Below, piece by piece: positions 55,491 to 59,694 of a stretch of DNA of 59,694 nucleotides (positions are counted from its first letter, which is position 1; every line of letters starts with the position of its first letter). The stretch is taken from positions 1 through 59,694 of the forward strand of contig JAYEIQ010000020.1 of assembly GCA_034660175.1 (NCBI GenBank). Reading direction: 5' to 3'. The notes below the pieces were generated by a model that saw nothing but the letters and a program-made list of their open reading frames with translations, was not told where the DNA came from and made no database searches. Source of the stretch: Patescibacteria group bacterium (lineage in GTDB: Bacteria > Patescibacteriota > Minisyncoccia > Moranbacterales > DUUL01). Both the position numbers and the translations under genes were made by a program.

Positions 55491-57455
55491 ATGGCAAAAA
55501 TTTTAGGAATCGATTTGGGAACAACCAACTCTGCTATGGCAGTTGTCGAAGGAGGAAATCCCGATATCGTGGAGAACAAAGAAGGTAACCGCACAACACC
55601 TTCAATAGTGGCAATCAACAAAAACGGTGAGCGACTCGTTGGTCTTTTGGCCAAACGTCAAGCTGTCACCAATCCTGAAAACACAATTTTTTCAGCCAAG
55701 CGATTGATTGGAAGAAAATTTTCAGACTCTGAAGTTCAAGAAGCTTCAAAAAAACTTCCTTTTAAGGTTGAAGAAGGTGACAAGGGAGCAGTTGCAATTC
55801 AAATGAATGGCAAACAGCTCAGACCTGCAGAGATCTCTGCAATGGTCTTGCAAAAACTCAAAGCAGATGCAGAAGCAAAACTCGGAGAAACAATCGAAGA
55901 GGCAGTAATCACTGTCCCCGCATATTTCGATGACTCACAAAGGAAAGCAACCAAAGATGCTGGTGAAATTGCTGGTCTCAAGGTGAAAAGGATCATCAAC
56001 GAACCAACTGCAGCAGCTTTGGCATATGGCTTCAACAAGAAGAAAGACGAAAAAATCGCAGTCTATGACCTTGGAGGTGGAACTTTCGACATTTCCATTT
56101 TGGAGGTTGGCGAAGACACCGTGGAAGTGAAATCAACAAACGGAAACACCTATCTCGGTGGAGACGACTTCGACGAAAAAATTATTGATTGGATTCTGGA
56201 AGAATTCAAAAAACAAGAAGGTGTTGACCTTTCCAATGACCCCTTGGCTCTGCAACGAATCAAAGAAAGCGCTGAAAAAGCCAAAATTGAGCTCTCAACA
56301 GCACAAGAAACAGAAATCAATCAACCATTCATCACAACTGGAGATGAAGGACCAAAGCATTTGGTGATGAAAATTACTCGAGCAAAAATGGAAGAACTTA
56401 TTGGTGATTTGGTGGACAAAACACTTGAGCCTGTGAAAAAGGCACTTGATGATGCAAAACTGAAAGCTTCTGACATCAATGAGATAGTGATGGTTGGAGG
56501 AATGACTCGCATGCCATTGGTGCAAAAGAAAGTAGAGGAGTTCTTTGGCAAAAAACCATCAACTTCCGTAAATCCAGATGAGGTTGTTGCCATGGGTGCA
56601 GCAATCCAAGGTGGTGTTCTTGGAGGAGATGTGAAAGATGTTCTGCTCCTTGACGTGACCCCGTTGACTTTTGGAATTGAGACATTGGGAAGTATTGCCA
56701 CACCACTCATTGATCGCAACACAACAATTCCAACTTCAAAATCACAAATCTTCTCAACTGCCGCTGACAATCAGCCATCAGTTGAAATTCATGTAGTTCA
56801 AGGAGAGCGCAAAATGGCCGCTGACAACAAATCTCTTGGACGTTTCATGCTTGATGGACTTCCACCGGCTCCACGAGGAGTTCCACAGATTGAAGTTTCT
56901 TTCGACATTGATGCTAATGGAATTTTGAACGTGAAAGCCACAGACAAAGCAACTAATAAGGAACAATCTATTCGCATCGAGGCTTCTTCCGAAATGAGCG
57001 ATGAGGAAATTGAGAAAATGAAAAAAGACGCTGAAATTCACGCCGATGAAGACAAGAAAAAAGCTGAGGCAATCGAAGTAAAGAACAATGCAGACACATT
57101 GGTACACACCACTGAAAAAACCTTCAAAGATGCTGGTGACAAAATTTCAACTGACAAGAAAAAACCAGTTGAAGAAAAACTGGAAGCTTTGAAAAAGGTC
57201 AAAGATGGTGACGACATCGAAGCGATCAAAAAAGCATCTGAAGAACTTTCTACCGAAGCACAAAAGATAGGCGAAGAGATGTATAAAGCCGCACAAGAAG
57301 CTCAGCAGGCAACCAAGGGTACACCTGAGCCAGGTGGAGATGGCCAACCACAAGGTGGCGATGCTCAGCAAGGAGCCGATGGCAAGCCCGGTGATGAGCC
57401 AAAAGTGAAAGAGGCAGAGGAAGTGAAAGAAGATCCAAAGGAAGAAAAGAAATAG
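55491..57455 (+). CDS. dnaK: Chaperone DnaK
   Basis: [30 protein letters not shown]. Confidence 0.99.
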   Translation: MAKILGIDLGTTNSAMAVVEGGNPDIVENKEGNRTTPSIVAINKNGERLVGLLAKRQAVTNPENTIFSAKRLIGRKFSDSEVQEASKKLPFKVEEGDKGAVAIQMNGKQLRPAEISAMVLQKLKADAEAKLGETIEEAVITVPAYFDDSQRKATKDAGEIAGLKVKRIINEPTAAALAYGFNKKKDEKIAVYDLGGGTFDISILEVGEDTVEVKSTNGNTYLGGDDFDEKIIDWILEEFKKQEGVDLSNDPLALQRIKESAEKAKIELSTAQETEINQPFITTGDEGPKHLVMKITRAKMEELIGDLVDKTLEPVKKALDDAKLKASDINEIVMVGGMTRMPLVQKKVEEFFGKKPSTSVNPDEVVAMGAAIQGGVLGGDVKDVLLLDVTPLTFGIETLGSIATPLIDRNTTIPTSKSQIFSTAADNQPSVEIHVVQGERKMAADNKSLGRFMLDGLPPAPRGVPQIEVSFDIDANGILNVKATDKATNKEQSIRIEASSEMSDEEIEKMKKDAEIHADEDKKKAEAIEVKNNADTLVHTTEKTFKDAGDKISTDKKKPVEEKLEALKKVKDGDDIEAIKKASEELSTEAQKIGEEMYKAAQEAQQATKGTPEPGGDGQPQGGDAQQGADGKPGDEPKVKEAEEVKEDPKEEKK

Positions 57456-57466
57456 ACTTATTATTC

Positions 57467-57490
57467 AAGCGGGGCGCAGAGCCCCGCTTT
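57467..57490 (+). terminator. Terminator after dnaK
   Basis: AAGCGGGGC-GCAGA-GCCCCGCTTT. Confidence 0.7.
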
Positions 57491-57503
57491 GATTTTAAAA
57501 AAA

Positions 57504-58385
57504 ATGGATCAAACAATCGATAAACAAGTAGAGTTAATAAAGAAAATCATCATAATTGGCAAAAAATTGCCTTCGAATATTGATAGGATTGGAAATATAC
57601 CTGTTGCAAGTGGAGTGCATAATATTCGAAGAACAATCTTTTTTAATATCCAAAAATTTTACGCTGAAATATTTTTCAGTCATGCTTCCTTTTTATTAGA
57701 AAAGATAAGGGAAGAAAAGAAAGAAAATTTTATTTTCTTTGTACCAAATCTCAGAACTCTTCTGGAAGTCTATGCCAATCTGCTACATTTTTTAAATCAG
57801 TCTGATGATAAAAAAGCCGAATTGGGAGAGAGTATCGTTTTATGCCAATTGTCAAAAAATATATGTGCCATCCCAAGTGACAAAAAAAGTAAACATCTTG
57901 AGTTGAAAAAACAATACAGCACACATTTAGATATACTGAAGTCTTTTTCTGATAACTGGAAGTTGTTTGTTGACCCACAAAAATTACCCAACAAAAAGAA
58001 ACTAAGAAAAATGGAGCTAATTAATCCAGAAGTATACACCATCTTCAAAAAAAATAATTACTTTGAAAATTGCTCTGAATACACAAATAAAGTATTTGAT
58101 GGAAAAATAACAAGAGATTCATTGTATAACTTTTATAACAACTTATCAGATTATGTTCATGGTAGTTTTCTCTCTTACTCTAAGACGTCAAAATCAACAA
58201 TAAATGAACAATATTGGTTGATAGGAAAAGTCCAATTGTTTTCTATGTTGATAATTGAGTTGATTAATAAAAAAGTAATTCATAACGCAAGACAAGCAGA
58301 GCTCGAAAACTGGGTAAAAGAATTCCAAGAACAAATAACGGACTTTAAATACTATTGGCAAAATAAAAAACTTGGAATAATTTAA
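57504..58385 (+). CDS. Hypothetical helical protein (HEPN-like/DUF5677-like pattern)
   Basis: LRTLLE and Y..LSDYVHG motifs; very AT-rich. Confidence 0.55.
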   Translation: MDQTIDKQVELIKKIIIIGKKLPSNIDRIGNIPVASGVHNIRRTIFFNIQKFYAEIFFSHASFLLEKIREEKKENFIFFVPNLRTLLEVYANLLHFLNQSDDKKAELGESIVLCQLSKNICAIPSDKKSKHLELKKQYSTHLDILKSFSDNWKLFVDPQKLPNKKKLRKMELINPEVYTIFKKNNYFENCSEYTNKVFDGKITRDSLYNFYNNLSDYVHGSFLSYSKTSKSTINEQYWLIGKVQLFSMLIIELINKKVIHNARQAELENWVKEFQEQITDFKYYWQNKKLGII

Positions 58386-58399
58386 TTTAATCAGAAGAA

Positions 58400-58726
58400 A
58401 TGAATCAACAAAACCATAACAACAATCAACAGGGGCAAGGACAGAATCTTAACCAACAGCAAGTTCAGATCAAAGCTTCTGAGAAGAAGCTGAAAGGGGA
58501 CTATTCCAATCTGGCGAAGATCCTTCACACCAAAGAGGAATTTGCAATTGACTTCATGAGCGTATTTCCTCCAACAGGAACATTGAACAGCCGAGTGCTT
58601 TTGTCTCCAGGCCATTTCAAGCGCTTGACGAAAGCAATGGATGAGAATTTGAAAAAATATGAAGAAAAGTTCGGTAAAATCGAATCCTCTGCCGGCCCAG
58701 AGCAAAACAAAATCGGTTTTGAATAG
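58400..58726 (+). CDS. DUF3467 family protein
   Basis: G.YSN...I.HT.EEF..DF, SRV..SP.H.KRL...M..N...YE.KFG.I. Confidence 0.85.
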   Translation: MNQQNHNNNQQGQGQNLNQQQVQIKASEKKLKGDYSNLAKILHTKEEFAIDFMSVFPPTGTLNSRVLLSPGHFKRLTKAMDENLKKYEEKFGKIESSAGPEQNKIGFE

Positions 58727-58747
58727 TAGCGACTATAGTCGCTACTA
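58724..58747. repeat. Perfect 24 bp palindrome
   Basis: TAGTAGCGACTATAGTCGCTACTA equals its own reverse complement. Confidence 0.85.
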
Positions 58748-58857
58748 AAGTACGTACTATAGAATGCTACAACACTTGACAAATCTTTTATTTCATGTTA
58801 GTCTTAAACGTCAACTGAAACTGTTCCAGTTCAACGAAGAGATAGGAGGAAAGAAAA

Positions 58858-59310
58858 ATGGACAAAGAAAATGCGAAAGGGAGAAAGTGGGGAAAAATGA
58901 AGATTAACAAGAAAGTGATTTGTCTTTTTCTTTTATTACTATTATCACTGATAATAGTAATAAACATAGGTAACAGCAAAGTATCTCTTATCGGGAGGGA
59001 TGCTCCAAAGGGAAATATTTTTTGCTTCATTAGCTTTTGTAACGAAGCCAAAAACATCTATTCTGTTTTCGGCGTTGTCGCCGGTGAGGCTGAAGAGGAT
59101 ATCGTTTCTTTAATCGGTGTTTCCGCTGGTGAAGCAGGAGGAATTATATTTTCTTTAATCGGCGTTTCCGCTGGTAAAGCAGGAGGGGATATATTTTCTT
59201 TAATCGGTGTTTCCGCTGGTGAAGCAGGGAAAGCTGTAAGAGGTTTGATTGTAGTCAGGGAATTGCACTTATGGCCACCTGTCATAGAGTTGTCAGTTCT
59301 TGATTATTGA
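58858..59310 (+). CDS. Membrane-anchored protein with 15 aa Gly/Ala-rich tandem repeats
   Basis: GGAGG SD, TM segment, repeats SLIGVSAG[E/K]AGG.IF. Confidence 0.65.
   Translation: MDKENAKGRKWGKMKINKKVICLFLLLLLSLIIVINIGNSKVSLIGRDAPKGNIFCFISFCNEAKNIYSVFGVVAGEAEEDIVSLIGVSAGEAGGIIFSLIGVSAGKAGGDIFSLIGVSAGEAGKAVRGLIVVRELHLWPPVIELSVLDY
59105..59229 (+). repeat. 45 bp in-frame tandem repeat (about 2.8 close copies plus a degenerate upstream copy)
   Basis: TTTCTTTAATCGG[T/C]GTTTCCGCTGGT[G/A]AAGCAGG starts at 59105, 59150 and 59195. Confidence 0.9.
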
Positions 59311-59329
59311 ACATTCAATGTGTTAAATT

Positions 59330-59365
59330 AGCCACCAGTCGGAAATCCGGTTGGTGGCTTCTTTT
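59330..59365 (+). terminator. Intrinsic terminator
   Basis: AGCCACCAGTCGGA/TCCGGTTGGTGGCT followed by TCTTTT. Confidence 0.7.
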
Positions 59366-59694
59366 ATCCGCCATTAAAACCTGTCTGTCGATAGACGTGG
59401 GAAAGCATTACTATGATCATGATAATAAGCGTTACTACTAATCCATAACGCCAGTAGTCCGATAGACACAAAATCTGTCCCACACCAGAGTGAACGATAT
59501 ACCCAGAAATATTAAAAATAATCTCTGAAACAGTTAGCCAAAAAAAACTGATCTTATAGTATGCTGTCTGAATAAAATGAGATACGTATTGGACACTTCT
59601 ATTAAAGAAACTATGCTGAAATAGACTGTCCAATATTTAAAACTATCTCATCATGAAAGCAACTCAAAAAGGATATTATCTCATCCCGAACATA

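Noticed and set aside
59105-59229. Possible CRISPR array
   Set aside because: Period is 45 bp with only about 10 variable bases, it is in frame within a coding region, and no cas genes are present
59364-59633. 89 aa - strand hydrophobic ORF at the window edge
   Set aside because: TTG start just after an in-frame stop and no recognisable motif; may be a decayed gene, cannot be judged without flanking sequence

Overview
A 59.7 kb AT-rich bacterial chromosome segment in the standard genetic code. Gene content and style suggest Patescibacteria/CPR, most like Parcubacteria (Moranbacteria-type); this is inference from a short HrcA, a long tmRNA tag, leaders without Shine-Dalgarno motifs, large membrane-anchored hypothetical proteins and no CCA encoded in the tRNAs. 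Housekeeping content: infC-rpmI-rplT, ssrA+smpB, rpmE-prfA-prmC, tRNA-Ile/tRNA-Ala without flanking rRNA, mtaB, dxs, uppP, a class A PBP, rmuC, four-subunit pyruvate:ferredoxin oxidoreductase, rubrerythrin, desulfoferrodoxin, and an HrcA/CIRCE heat-shock regulon with groES and groEL 24 kb apart. No integrase, transposase, prophage, CRISPR array or rRNA gene was seen. Best candidates for new biology: (1) a five-gene operon with a 7TM protein, an ATP-grasp ligase fused to a retropepsin-like protease, and three more ATP-grasp ligases, next to PBP1A; (2) a ~280 nt multi-branched structure in the unannotated 10.6-11.0 kb gap; (3) a NUDIX-GrpE fusion in the hrcA-dnaK operon; (4) a structured mini-element carrying a duplicate tmRNA 3' end; (5) a shared hairpin motif upstream of hsp20 and dnaK. 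Two disrupted genes not resolved by the ORF track were reconstructed by hand: an aroE pseudogene and a twice-frameshifted HExxH gene inside the por operon. Family assignments come from motif recognition only; no searches were run.
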